NCBI RefSeq assembly: GCF_001194135.2
Contig: NC_068993.1
Location: 35,166,281-35,230,280 of the forward strand
Origin: Octopus bimaculoides
Lineage: Eukaryota
DNA length: 64,000 bases
Direction of reading: 5' to 3'
The notes under the pieces were generated by a model. It did not search any database and was not told the origin of the DNA. It saw only the letters and a program-made list of their open reading frames with translations. Shown here piece by piece: positions 12,478 through 25,812 of the stretch (position 1 is its first letter; the number at the start of each line of letters is the position of its first letter). Both the position numbers and the translations under genes were made by a program.

Positions 12478-13350
12478 TATGACGCGCTTTTTCTCAGAGA
12501 GACATGGGACTTTCGAATAAACAATCATGAGGTATGCCATACATTTTTAAGAATGGTATCTTATACGCTCCAGCATGGTTCCAGGCTCTGGCTGAAACCA
12601 GTAAAAGAATATAAGAATATAATTTATATAATTTTTATGCCAACAAATATTCTTATACAACTACATCTTGTACTAAACACAACATATATATTTATGTAAC
12701 TTCAAAAAGGTATTTTCATGTGAAAAATATATCATCTTTAAGGCATTCTCAGCTTAGTGGATCAGAATCGAGCATTGTGAATGGGAGAAGATGATGATGA
12801 GGAATTGAATTAATTTGGCAGATAATGATTATGTGTGGCATTCAATAACTTCCTATTTCTCTCAGACACATTAAGATTGATTCCAGTACAAGTAAAGTAC
12901 ACAAGGAACTCAGTATTGCAAAGACACAATTAAGCGACGTAAAGTTGAGCTTACAACAAGTTTTATCACTGAACGTCTCTACATTCATCACAATCAATGA
13001 TAAGAATTTCAGTTGAAGAATGAACAACACACATATTCGTTGTTTCTGCCTATAGAAATGTGAGTTTACTCAAGCTCTCATTACATACAGTCTCAAAAAT
13101 ATCCGCATAGCGGATACAAGAATGCTTTGTTTACTTTTTTTTAAAAAAGCATATTTATAAACATGTTTCTTAGATAAACTGACTGGTCGGGACTGCATCG
13201 TAAGCCAAATGAATATCTATATGTGTGTCTGTGCACTAATATGTTGTATGTATATATATGTATATATGTATTTATGCATTTGAATATAAAGGAATATACA
13301 TATGAATATGTATGTTTCTTTGTGTGTGTCTGTATACAGACCACGTTTGA

Positions 13351-13416
<66 letters not shown>

Positions 13417-13729
13417 TTTCCCTTAGTAATTGGTTGGACGCCAGAATGAAAAAGGAAAGATTTATGGTTATTTATTAATATAGTTTATATTAAAATACAT
13501 ATACAATTTAAATATTCTGTCATTTAAACACAGCGTTTGTATAATCGATAAAACCAGACAAAACACCTATTCACTTACACAAACAAACCCAATATTTTGC
13601 AAGCTGAGGAAGCAATAATACATATTGCTTAATATAATCCAATATGTTTCCAACACACAAAGAGGATTTATTTTTAAATGCAAACTTCTCTTTCTATTTT
13701 TCTTTTTCTCCCACTGATATATATATATA

Positions 13730-13781
<52 letters not shown>

Positions 13782-14771
13782 CGTGTGTGTGTGTGTGTTT
13801 ATGATATATATGAAAACAACAGGAATTCAATTAACACTTGAAATATGGAATCTGTAGCATATTACAAGATTGTCGAAATGTGACCAAGCAATTTCTATAG
13901 CAGAAAACAAAGCAACAGAGTTTATCTTGCTCCTTGCTGTCTTCCTGGAACCAAAACAAAGAGGCAATGTCATGGCATTTGATTATATGTATGCTAGACT
14001 GAAAAAAAATGGACAGATAACAACAGAAGTGGAAATAGAGCGAAAACTGCTAGATTCTGGTTTAGTATAATTGAGCTTTTAGAAAAAGACCTTTAGCAAT
14101 GAAAGCAGGAAGGAAAAACTACAGATGATGTTGAGCTGACAAACATAAGACATTGGTAATGTTGGAATAATGTGTCTTTGAATAATACGTTGCGTCATAT
14201 TTCGTTGCGTAGATGATTTCATAAAACTCTACGTATTTTGTTAGTGTGAAGATATAGTCAACAGTTTCTTAGGCTATTGATTTAAAAATACACAACTGAA
14301 ATCTAATTAACTCTAGAAATCGAAAACCATGATAAATCAATGAATAATGGGATTTATAGATTTTATTGCATACGGGACAGCTGGAATCTTTGTGGCTCCT
14401 ACTGTTATATTAACAATACAAATACATCACTCGAACACGATCTCACAATACACTTAACACAAGAAGCAACAGCAATGTACTACAACACTGAGCACAGAAT
14501 AAAACTACAGAGGAAACTAATGGAGGACTTCTATACTCTACTGATCTCTTCATAAAAATAGATTAATCTTTTCAGTTTGACACACTCTGTCTGATTCTAC
14601 TTAAATTTTCTGCACATAGTGTTTTATGTCAAGTACAAATCCACAACCTACTTTTGAAGAAATAATAATAGAAAAATTACGTAAATTTGAATTTTGCTTT
14701 TCTTTTAAAATTTTGTCAAACAAATTTATCCATTCCGTTATTACATCCAGCACACGATCCCAAGAACAATA

Positions 14772-14813
<42 letters not shown>

Positions 14814-15364
14814 NNNNNNNNNNNNNNNNNNNNNNNNNNNNNNNNNNNNNNNNNNNNNNNNNNNNNNNNNNNNNNNNNNNNNNNNNNNNNNNNNNNNNNN
14901 NNNNNNNNNNNNNNNNNNNNNNNNNNNNNNNNNNNNNNNNNNNNNNNNNNNNNNNNNNNNNNNNNNNNNNNNNNNNNNNNNNNNNNNNNNNNNNNNNNNN
15001 NNNNNNNNNNNNNNNNNNNNNNNNNNNNNNNNNNNNNNNNNNNNNNNNNNNNNNNNNNNNNNNNNNNNNNNNNNNNNNNNNNNNNNNNNNNNNNNNNNNN
15101 NNNNNNNNNNNNNNNNNNNNNNNNNNNNNNNNNNNNNNNNNNNNNNNNNNNNNNNNNNNNNNNNNNNNNNNNNNNNNNNNNNNNNNNNNNNNNNNNNNNN
15201 NNNNNNNNNNNNNNNNNNNNNNNNNNNNNNNNNNNNNNNNNNNNNNNNNNNNNNNNNNNNNNNNAATCAAAATAAGCAACACGGATTTTAAAGATGATTG
15301 CAGTACGCACGCTTCATGCTACTCCATTTATTTAAGTAATGCGAGCATTACATTAAATGCAATA

Positions 15365-15846
15365 TGTAGAGCAATTTTCAGCTGCCCGAAAATGCAGAAA
15401 ATTACAGTAGAATAGACATATTATAATTGTGGCAACATTTCAAATCCAAGTGGGAGGAAGAATACATAAAAATCCATCTTGACATAGCCAAGTCTATCAG
15501 GCTAGTAATTGGTTCTAGGCAAAAATTCTAACTGTCTCTGATTTTATTGTCTCTTATCTAGTAGTAATAGTATAAGGGACAATCACTTCAAAGGAAAGGG
15601 AAGGTGTAAGCAAAGGGAAGCAAAGTGATTGTCCCTTATACTATTACTACTAGATAAGAGACAATAAAATCAGAGACAGTTAGAATGTTTGCCTAGAACC
15701 AATTACTAGCCTGGTAGACTTGGCTATGTCAAGATGGATTTTTATGTATTCTTCCTCCCACTTGGATTTGAAATGTTGCCACAATTATAATATGTCTATT
15801 CTACTGTAATTTTCTGCATTTTCGTGCAGCTGAAGATTGCTCTACA
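15365..15846. repeat. Long inverted repeat (foldback): 224-bp arms, 34-bp spacer
   Basis: 15365-15588 is the reverse complement of 15623-15846 with 4 mismatches, checked base by base. The right arm runs into an N gap. Confidence 0.95.
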
Positions 15847-15856
15847 NNNNNNNNNN

Positions 15857-15887
<31 letters not shown>

Positions 15888-17199
15888 TTATTTAACGCAG
15901 AAAGCTTTAACGATCACTGTGTTGGTATACAAGAGAGTCTGATCTATATTTATTACCTAAGGTGAATAAAATAATAGATGCGAACCAAGACTTCCTTCCA
16001 TTGGCAGACGGATGCATACGCATACACACACACATGCACAGATACGCGCATGCGTGTGCGTGATTACAGGCAGATAGTTACACATATATACATAGAGAAA
16101 TATTTCTTTGAAATGTGCTGTATTGAAAGTATAACCGTGTTCTAGTTTTATCTCTGTCATCAATGTCTTACTTACATATTTCCACACGATTTCCTAGCGC
16201 TTTACTTGAAACAGTGATCTTCCCAAATCCATCATCAAATGTTGATGGATTCCGGAATTTTACTTTTTCAAGCAAACTACAAAGGACACGTGTTTTATTT
16301 ATATTAAAAGCACCTCAATAGTGTGAACAAAACATATTTACTCTCTGTCTCTCTCTGTTTCACACACACATATACACTCACACAACCCCGCCACACACAC
16401 ATAAAGAGTGCGTGTGTCTATGTGTTATTTAAGCTTCAATTGCATGACATAATTAGAACTCAATGTGAATTCTTATATATCAAGAAAGGAAGACTATGAG
16501 GTACTCATCTGTTTTGTTTGATCCACCAGTGTGTGTGTGTGTGTGTGCGTAATTACAGAGATTGGGAGGGAGAGAAAGACAGGTAAAAGAGATGGTAAAC
16601 CCACATTGAACTTGGCAATACGTACAAGTGAGATATCTAATCACTGTGAGTGCTCAACATGTAGACAGTGCTGTGAAATTATGTCTAAGTGTATGAAACA
16701 AACGTCAAGAATGAGTCGCAAATTTAACACAGATAGAAAATATGGATTATTTCCTAGAAGTTATTTCACAGGATGTCTAGGTATTTTGGTTACCTTTCAC
16801 CATATCGGCCGTTGTTGAATTAAACACAGTTACTTCTGTAGCCACACAGTATATAGCAGTTGTTGTCATCACGAATGTTTGGTATATTAATCCACCAGAA
16901 ACTAACAAAGGAACGATGCGACCGCTTCGTATACTATTAAGTAATATTAATTGTACTAACAATGTAGTGAAAAATAACTTCAAATGACGCGGGCCTCACA
17001 ATGACGCGCAAGGAGCCTATGTTCATCAATAGGCTTGGTAGGTCTTCAGTTGAAATTGATATTTCTATCAATAACAGCAATGTTGTTTTCATCTTCCTGT
17101 ATTAGGGTACATAAATCTCCAAATTATAACTCCTAGTAAGTATGGTGTTATTCAGCAAGATATAATCCCTAACAAAGATTACACTGTTGTACACATCAA

Positions 17200-17950
17200 T
17201 AGTTGTGATAGGTGGAATATGTCCAATCATTATTTCTACGCACTCGTGACAATCTTGGTTTATGTACTATCAAGGCAACCCTGAATCTTCTTCATACTCC
17301 AGGTTTCGATTCCATAGACGTGAACGCTCTCTACACGTGTCTTGAAGAAGGCCAACCTTATTGATTACCAGATGCATTGACGTTTGCCAGAAGTACTTCA
17401 GACTAGTCCCTGAATGTAAGGAAATTCTTCTCACTATCTGCAACATAGGACTCAGATATTTGAAGTCACTATCATCATTGTGTACCATCATTGGCAGCTG
17501 GTTTTCTTCTTCCTTGATGGTTAGGTATTCTTTGCATTCAAAAAGTATCGATTTTGAATGCAGCATTCTGACGGGAAATTAATAATTTTTGCACACACTC
17601 GGCGAGCTGTATACTGACTGTAACTCTAAATTTCATCTGGTACCATGGCTTAAGGTGGGAGAATACCTAGATATTGAGAAGAATGGAATTTCCTCTTAAA
17701 TGACACTACTCCGAGGACTACTTTGAACAGGAATAATAGTATCTGCAAGGACTGATGAGTTAACTTCGGTCACCATTCACCACATCAGCCATTGTTGAAC
17801 TAAATCACTTTGACCCAAAATAGGATTCTGGGTTTGGCAGTTGCCAGCTAGCAACTATGGTCAAATAGCAATTTCTTCTTTGTAGAAAGAATCTAAAATT
17901 TCAAAGGCTTTGAGAGAAAACGAAAGGAACAGAAGCTGCTGCCTTGTAGA
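17200..17950 (-). mobile_element. RTE-type LINE, decayed reverse transcriptase fragment
   Basis: Frameshifted minus-strand motifs occur in the expected order: KAFEILDSFY, FLFKVVL, VQKLL..QNAAFKI / FLNAKNT, DDSDFKYLS (the DFKYLGS motif), IW*SIRLAFFKTRVESVHVYGIETWSMKK (the LLYGAETW motif). Confidence 0.75.
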
Positions 17951-18410
17951 CAGGATTATAAATATCAAAGGCTACGCAACGAACTCTAACAGAAGGGGAT
18001 TGTTGAAAGTTGCTCCTCTCTATATTAGCAAACTGATATGATGAGTTCATTCAAATTGACCTAATGAGGCAAGGAGATAGGACACTTAAAAACATACCAG
18101 GCGCTCTATAACAGCTAGATACACGTGCACCTAGTAAAATATTACTTAAAAATAAGAAATTAAGATAGTTATTTAATCTTTCGGTATGCTCTTTGATTGA
18201 TAATATTAGTGCAATAACAACGTGTCTTTGTGAATTGATTAAATAATATTACTTACATATAAACAAGGAAAGGACAGAACATAGATATTTCTGAACCTAT
18301 TCGTCTGGTAAGCCACTGTTGAACGAAACATTCATTTAGCCATACAATATCTAGCAGTTACTGACACCACAAGTATGTTGCACGATATTTATATATATAT
18401 ATATATATAG

Positions 18411-18456
<46 letters not shown>

Positions 18457-18964
18457 ACATATACGCGCAGACTACATTACAGGAGAGTACATATTCTTAT
18501 GTCTATTATTTTATGTAACAGTTTGCATAACTCTTGCTATTGACTTAGAAAGAATATTAACAAAATAGATAGAAGTTCGGTAATGTATGCCTTTGATAAA
18601 TAGGCGATTTATCTGAAACCACTATATACTTCAACAAAGGCCTTATCATCTACATAATGTATTTTGAACTGGTTTATTTGTATTGTCCTTTGAATGGTTA
18701 CAGAGAGACTTAGTTTTGATGCGTTGTATCCTTTGTCTTTATCGATTGCTTCTGAATTTTAAATTTACTTTCCGTTGGTGTCAGATTTTAGTCATGCAGT
18801 ATATTTGTCTTGATTGTATATCAAAGTTTCGTTTGTATTCAGCTATTTAGATTGATTTTATAACGATTTTCTCTTTTATTATTGCGAATAGTTAGTTATC
18901 TTATACACTAACCATGTTTAAACTACGATTATTTCTAGTTTTCCCCTTTATAGTAAGAAATGCC

Positions 18965-19110
18965 CAAAGCGGTGAATTGAATGAGCTGTTAAACCGTCGA
19001 ATAAAATGCTTTATGGTATTTGTTACGGTTCTCTGCGCTCTGGGGTCAAATCCCGCTGTGATCGACTTTGCTTTTGTCAGCTTGGAGTCGATGAAAATTA
19101 AATCAGATAT
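18965..19110 (+). mobile_element. SINE family 1, diverged copy
   Basis: aagcggtgaattg...ctctggggtcaaatcccgctgtgatcgactttgcttt...ggagtcgatgaaaatt aligns with family 1. Confidence 0.65.
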
Positions 19111-19124
19111 TGATGTTGGCTTGT

Positions 19125-19235
<111 letters not shown>

Positions 19236-19647
19236 CTTTGTCTCAGGCTGGTACAGTTAGCTACGCTGCATTGGAAGGGGATAGCTGTAGTCTTCTCAGA
19301 ATGTTTGTAATGTCAGAAAGTGTGGACGAACTTGCTGACATTATTAAAAATACATCTCCAGAGAGTTTGGATGAGCTATCCACATTCCATGACTCGAAGA
19401 TTGCAGATTATGATCATTATTGAGAAACAATTTTTCCAACAGCATTTTCAGCGAAGATTCGGCATAAGTGTTGCTATTCCTCAAAGGTGATGCCATTTTT
19501 AAAAATAACTTAATATTATATCAATGTCATACTAATTTAGTTGTTCCCTTCAGTAAAAAAGTGACTACGTAAACGCTCCTCTGTCCCAGACGAAAGGAAC
19601 TTTGTGTTTCTTACGTCATCTTCAAATTCCACCAAAACTGACTTCGC

Positions 19648-19730
19648 CCTTTACCCTTTGTTCAACGGTTAACACAGTACTTTGCTTCGTCCTTTACCCT
19701 TTGTTCAACGGTTAACACAGTACTTTGCTT
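19648..19730. repeat. Perfect 40-bp tandem duplication (period 43)
   Basis: cctttaccctttgttcaacggttaacacagtactttgctt occurs at 19648-19687 and 19691-19730. Confidence 0.95.
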
Positions 19731-20899
19731 GACATAAAGAATTTTCGTAGGAGAGTACTAAGGTAATTCGCTCAAGCCCTCTGCTTTCGGTTATCTTTTG
19801 TTGGCGTCTACCAGTTCTGAATGGTTAAGAAAGCAACGAGGAAGGAGGTTAAGAAAGAAAGAAAAAAAATAAGGAAAGACAGACAGACGAATAGATAGAT
19901 AGATAGGCAGATAGAAAGACCGATTGGCTTTTTACTTTATTGACTTCGAAAGGATGAGACGTAAAGTTGGGCGCGGTGGGTTTGAACTCAAAGCGCATAT
20001 AGTCGGAACGAATGTTGCAAAACATTCCTCTCTGAGCCTCTAAACATCCTGCAAAATCACTGTCATCCATTGAATCAAACAACGATTCCCCTACCCAACT
20101 ATAACTAAAATAAAACTGTTTTGTACTCATGTAGGAATCCCGTGAAATAAACTGCACTACCGACCAGCACCTGCAGCAGCAGCAGCGATAATAGTGACAG
20201 CAGCCACAAACAGCGGTATCATTACGATGGTTGCTGTTTAGCCCCCCCCCCCAGGTCATCCCTTATTGTGCAGACCTTGGAAATCTGTACTATAAGATGT
20301 GGTTGATTGTTGCGGTGGACCTAATCAGTTTTATACCGCTACCTCGTTCCTCGGTACGCTTTACAGAGTTCACTCTGTTGCACTCTGTAAAAAATAAAAA
20401 CTTCTTCCTCTCTCATTTCACCAGAATAGGAGCCCCTACAATATAAAGGGTCATAGGCGATGACCTTCCATTCCCACGTAAAAGGTAAAATAAAATCGTT
20501 CTAACTTGAGTGAACCTTATTAAATGCAAACACACGAAGTGATTTAAGGGAGAATTAGTTACTATTTCTAGTAATTATACTGTTACACAAAGGCTCTCCT
20601 CGGCAGTAGTATCAGCAGTAGCTATAACAATTGCTGTTGTTATTAATTGTTGCTGCGCTTTGTTATCGTCATTGCATTTAACCCTCGGTTGGCTGTGATT
20701 TAATAGAAGCTACGATCAGACGTATACCACCTCTGACTATGCTATCTTTTAGGGCCAGCTAGGATTAACTTACGGGAAAGATACATTTTACAATGTGGCT
20801 CGTGCAGTTTTAAAATGGAGCAGAGTGAATTGTGAGAGATTGGGTTGTTATTTCTTGTAGATCGAACTCTCACGTAGAGGCATGCTCGTTGTCTCGTTG

Positions 20900-20992
20900 C
20901 TGTAGCAGAATATTTAGAAATTGCAACTGCAGCAACAGAAACAGCAGCAGTAGAAGCAACAGCAATGACAGAAACAGCAGCAGTAGCAGTCT

Positions 20993-21056
<64 letters not shown>

Positions 21057-21230
21057 TGAAGCAGCAAGGGCTGCTGCTGCTACAGCAGCAGCATTAACAG
21101 CAGCTACTGCATCATTGGATGTAGCAAGAATAGTAACAGTGACATCAATGGCGGCAAACACAACTGAACTTATACGCGTAACACAGAGAGTAAGAATTTA
21201 TTGGTAATAGTATCGTTGTGGCGCCAGCGA

Positions 21231-21278
<48 letters not shown>

Positions 21279-21344
21279 CAGCAGCAGCAGCAACATCAGA
21301 TTCAGCAATAATAGAAATATTTGTTGTTCTTCGGATTATTATTA

Positions 21345-21407
<63 letters not shown>

Positions 21408-21424
21408 TCATTATTATTATTGTT

Positions 21425-21455
<31 letters not shown>

Positions 21456-22250
21456 TTGTTGTTGTTGTTAAGGTAGCGAGCTGGCAGAATCGTTAGCACA
21501 CTGGGCGAAATGCTTAGCGGTATTTGGTCTGTCTTTATGTTCTGAGTTCATATTCCGCCGAGGTCGTCTTTGTTCTTCATCCCTTAGGGTCGATAACCTA
21601 AGTACTAGACAAAGTATGTTGTCCCTGTACCAAATTTTGAGACCATTAACATTGTCAGTAGTAGTTGTAGTTATTGTTGTTGTTGGTGTTGTTGTTGTTG
21701 TTGTATACCTGTGGTATACTATATTTTCCGACTTCAGCGGCGTACATAAAGAATTCTTATATGTTAGATTCCTCGCCATTCCTAGCCCCATCAAGACTAA
21801 CCATGTTTCATCACAGATCGAAAATACTAATATCTATTTGTATAGCGAGGACTACATCTACAATGTACCCATTCCTTTTAAAGGTGACATTGTATTATAT
21901 GAAGAAGAGTTGACTGTTATTTTTAGCATGTTTAATGACTGCATATACGCTTCTTCGTTGGCTCCGTATACCCATGATGTTGACGTTGGTGGTGTTGTTG
22001 TTGGTGATGGGTGGCGGTTTTGGCATTGCTGTTAATGCCGCCGTCGTAGCTTTTGTTGTTATTTTTTTTAATGCTGTTGCTCTAAATGTTACTGTTGCTG
22101 CTGCTGTTCTATATATTTTATAGCTGTTGCTTGTTGTTGTTGTTGTTGTTGTTGTCGTCATCGGTGGTAGTAGTGGTTGTGGTAGTGTTTGTGGTAGTGG
22201 TGGTTTTATTGCTGTTACTTTCTTGTTGCTGCTATTGCATCTTCTATATC
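20900..22250. repeat. Mosaic of trinucleotide microsatellites (GCA, GTA, ATT, GTT)
   Basis: Directly visible. It accounts for the poly-V/T/I/L/N ORFs in this interval. Confidence 0.9.
21470..21630 (+). mobile_element. SINE family 1
   Basis: aaggtagcgagctggcagaatcgttagcacactgggcgaaatgcttagcggtattt...gttctgagttcatattccgccgaggtcg...gggtcgataacctaagtac. Confidence 0.85.
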
Positions 22251-22469
22251 GTCATTAGTCAGGCTTGAACCAGCAGACCTATGTATAGTAAGAATATAGC
22301 TGGATCAATACCCACCTGTAATACCTGCCTCGAGTACACCTTGTTGCACATTTCAAAATGCTGCGTGACAACGTGGGCTATTTTTTTCTCCCCTGACTCC
22401 TAAATCAGTGACTTTCAAACTGACAGATATAAGTATCCATCCCCTCTTTACAAAAGTACTGTATTTTAT

Positions 22470-23330
22470 ATCTACTTATTGACTAGCTTAGACTTAGATG
22501 CTTCCGCATCGAGCGAGACGTGAGGCAGTCAAAGTACTCCACCAAGACTGGTCAGCAACTACCTTCAGTGTATCGTTCCAGCGTAAGTTTACTAGCGGCA
22601 TGTCTCTGTCGATCGTCTGTTTCCAGCTTATCTTGGGATTTTCCCTTGCGTCGGTGTCCCGGAAAGTTTCACTTAATGATTGGCTGGTTAGACTGTTAAT
22701 TAGGAGTCTTACGATATTTCCGTACCAACTCAGTCAACGCTTACAGATAATAATGGACACTGGGCGTTTGTCTGCTCTTCTTCTGCCCTCCTCGTTGCTG
22801 ATAAAATTGTTCCATTTGGTTTCTAGCATTCCCCGGAGGCAACTGATGTCAAAAGCGTTCATTTTCTAACAGTATACTACTTTTTCTTCACCCTACTGGT
22901 ACAAGTTTTAAAAGTTTTATAACATATATGCAATTCGTCTGGCCCCTTTTAATTTCTCAGTATTCCTCCCAAAGGATGTGGTTCCCCACCGATGAGAGAC
23001 AACGCCATAGATTACTTTGTTTTGTTGCTTTAGATTTTAGCTCCAGTCAGCTTTGATGACGTATGTAATGAAAATATTCTAGTCTTCATATTTTCATTTT
23101 ACGGATATATTTCATCTAGTATTATGCTATCTCGGGTGCCATTTCATTTTACAAGACGGTAGGAACTTAAGGGATGATTTGCCTGCTATCTCTATCCAGC
23201 TGAGCATCCACATAGAGGATACTTCAGATTTTGATGTTGCTTCAGTCAAGGCGAGCGACATGGGTTCAGTTACTGCATGACATTGTTTGCCCGGATGTAT
23301 CATCGTTAGAACGTAACCCAACGTGTTTAG
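22470..23330 (-). mobile_element. RTE-type LINE, 3' part (RT C-terminus and 3' end)
   Basis: Minus-strand translation NAFDISCLRGMLETKWNNFISNEEGRRRADKRPVSIIICKR*LSWYGNIVR...RENPKISWKQTIDRD...LRWNDTLKVVADQSWWSTLTA matches the conserved RTE C-terminal pattern. It ends in ctaagtctaag. Confidence 0.8.
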
Positions 23331-23989
23331 AGCTGAGAGCCTTTTATGGTTTTATGGTTTACTGGTTGGCACATGTTGATACTAAAATTCATTGGTTGTT
23401 TAGGCATTAGTAACAATATGTGTTGCTGTTTTTATTGGTTTCGTTATTAATTGTGAGGGTGTTGTTCTTGCTGCTGTTATCTTAGAAATAGTGTTGCTCC
23501 AGTTGTTGCTTGATGGTGATAGTATCTAATTTTGCAGAAACACTGTTTTTCTTCCAAACAAATTCCTCACATTTTTTTAGTACCAATATTAAAATTAATA
23601 ATAATAGTTTCTGATTTAGGGAGAAAAATCAGTAATTTCGAAAGGAAAGGGGTTGTGGGTATCATCGACTCCAGAGATAGGAAAGACAGAGTTTACCTTA
23701 TTGGAATTAGAACTAAGCATTTAAAGAGACGGAAGAAATGTCGCAAATCATTTTTCCGGCGCTCAGTCGATGCTGCCATCATACCACATTAGATGGTTTC
23801 TAATTCAGGCACACGACCAGCAAATTTGAGAGAAGAGAGTTAGTCGATACCATTCTCTCCAATACTTTACTGGTACTTTCTTTTATTGACCCAGGAGGAA
23901 TGGAAAGTAGACTTAAACTTGGCGAGATTTGTAGGCATTAATGTATGTATGCATTACATACATACATAATTGCAGGCATCGCATAGACA

Positions 23990-24110
23990 GAACTATGACT
24001 ATGTAGTTGAGAAATTAGCTTACAAACAAAGGGGTTTTGGATTCACTCCTACCACGTGGCTCTATAGCCAGGTGTCTTTTACTATAGCCCTGGACCAACC
24101 AAAAATTGAG
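23990..24110 (+). mobile_element. SINE family 2, diverged 5' part
   Basis: tgactatgtagttgagaaattagcttac...ggattcactcctaccacgtggc...tgtcttttactatagccctggaccaacc resembles the head at 57483. Confidence 0.55.
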
Positions 24111-24155
24111 CCTGAAGAAATATACTAGGCGTTTTGTCCTACGTTTTAACGATTC

Positions 24156-24387
24156 ACATTTCTTTATTGCTCACAAGGGGCTAAACATAGAGGGGACAAA
24201 ATAGGACAAACAAAGGGATTAAGTCGTTTACATTGACCACAGCGCGTAACTGGTACTTAATTTATCGACCCCGAAAGGATGAAAGGCAAAGTCAACCTCA
24301 GCGGAATTTGAACTCAGAACGTAACGGCAAACGAAATACCGCTAAGCATTTCGCCCGGCGTGCTAACGTTTCTGCCAGCTCGCCGCC
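24156..24387 (-). mobile_element. SINE family 1, full-length copy with a 10-bp target-site duplication
   Basis: Complete head (ggcggcgagctggcagaa, gagttcaaattcc) and a 3' end ...gcaataaagaaatgt. It is flanked by ttaacgattc at 24146-24155 and 24388-24397. Confidence 0.9.
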
Positions 24388-24639
24388 TTAACGATTCTAC
24401 CAATCTAATGCCCTACCATTTTATTGATACTAATGCTTCCTAATATCGGCATAAGGCTAGGAATTTTTCCTCATCTTCTTTCCTTGATTTTGACCTAAAC
24501 TATCACGGAAGAATGAAAGTTAAATTTGTGTAAGATCGGATTCGGTCACAGAATCTAAAAGGCCAGACAAATACGCAGGACATTTTATCCGCCAACTTAC
24601 CGATACAGTTATAATATACGATAATCATTTCTAATATAG

Positions 24640-24770
24640 GTACAAAGCAAGAAATATCGACCTTGGAAGGATAAAAGGTGAAGAGGGATCAGACCGGAAC
24701 TTGAACATTGAATATAAAGAGCCAAAAGAAATATACAAACGCTCTAACGATTCAGCCGGCAGAAACACGC
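24640..24770 (-). mobile_element. SINE family 1, diverged copy
   Basis: ggtac..atatcgaccttggaaggataaaaggtgaag...ggaacttgaacattg...ctctaacgattcagccggc resembles the family. Confidence 0.55.
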
Positions 24771-24789
24771 ATGAAAGTGTTAGAAACAT

Positions 24790-24795
24790 GATAGC

Positions 24796-24882
<87 letters not shown>

Positions 24883-25025
24883 GATGCTGGTGCTGGTGCT
24901 GGTGGGAGCGGCGGCGGCGGCGGTGGTGGTGGTGGTAGTGGTGGTGGTTGAAGAAGAAGAAGAAGAAGAAGAAGAAGAAGAAGAAGAAGAAGAAGAAGAA
25001 GAAGCAGTAGCAGTAGTAGTAGCAG
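24790..25025. repeat. In-phase compound trinucleotide array (GCA-GTA-GTG-GCG-GTG-GAA-GCA)
   Basis: Directly visible. It is the source of ORF 24701-25054 (poly-A/V/E). Confidence 0.9.
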
Positions 25026-25681
25026 TGCGAAACAGAGTATGGGAAGCAATGTAGACAGCTGGACTACCGTGTTCCAACATAACCCAAAAATTAATAAACA
25101 GCAGCTGTTCAAATCATAGCAGTTACGATCGTCATAGATGCTGCCCCGATTCAAGTCATATGACATGGTTTGTTGTTGCCATTCAATAGTAGTACCACTA
25201 TTTCTAGTTACTATGGCATCGCCTGCTGCCGTAGATGCAGTCACAGTGACGTTTGCCAAGTTTCGACGGAAATTTTAACAGTCAAACTATGAAGAACATT
25301 CCTACTGCTTCTACTTTGTAGCCGGATGACACTAGCGACATGCACCGCACATGCGCGACACGCACACACATACACACACACGCACACGCGCACACACAGA
25401 GGCACACATGCACATACCTCAATGCATGTATACATATATTCTCTCTCTCAGATGTGTGTGTGTGTGTGTTACTTCTATCTATCATTGGGCAGCAGCAATA
25501 CTTTGATACCATCCTGAAAGGGTTTAGTTGAACAAATCATATCCGGTCCTTATTCTATCGTTCTTAGCGCTGAGTTGCGTCGACGTAAAAAAACCATCAC
25601 TGCTTTTCAAACGCTGATGGCGGCGAACACATGCACATAAATACATGCACACACACACACACACGCACATATATGTATATA

Positions 25682-25812
25682 GGACGGGCTACTTTCAGTC
25701 TTCATCTACCAAATCCACTGACACGGAATAGGTCGGCCCGAGGCTATATAGAAGAAGACACATGTATAAAGAGCGGGCAGTGGGACTGAACACAAAACAG
25801 TATGGTTGGAAA
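25682..25812 (-). mobile_element. SINE family 2, 5' half
   Basis: gacgggctactttcagtcttcatctaccaaatccactg...ggtcggcccgaggctata..gaagacac...cagtgggactgaac is the reverse complement of the 57483 head. Confidence 0.75.

Noticed and set aside
19648-19730. CRISPR-like repeat pair
   Set aside because: Only two units with a 3-nt spacer, in a eukaryotic context with no cas genes.
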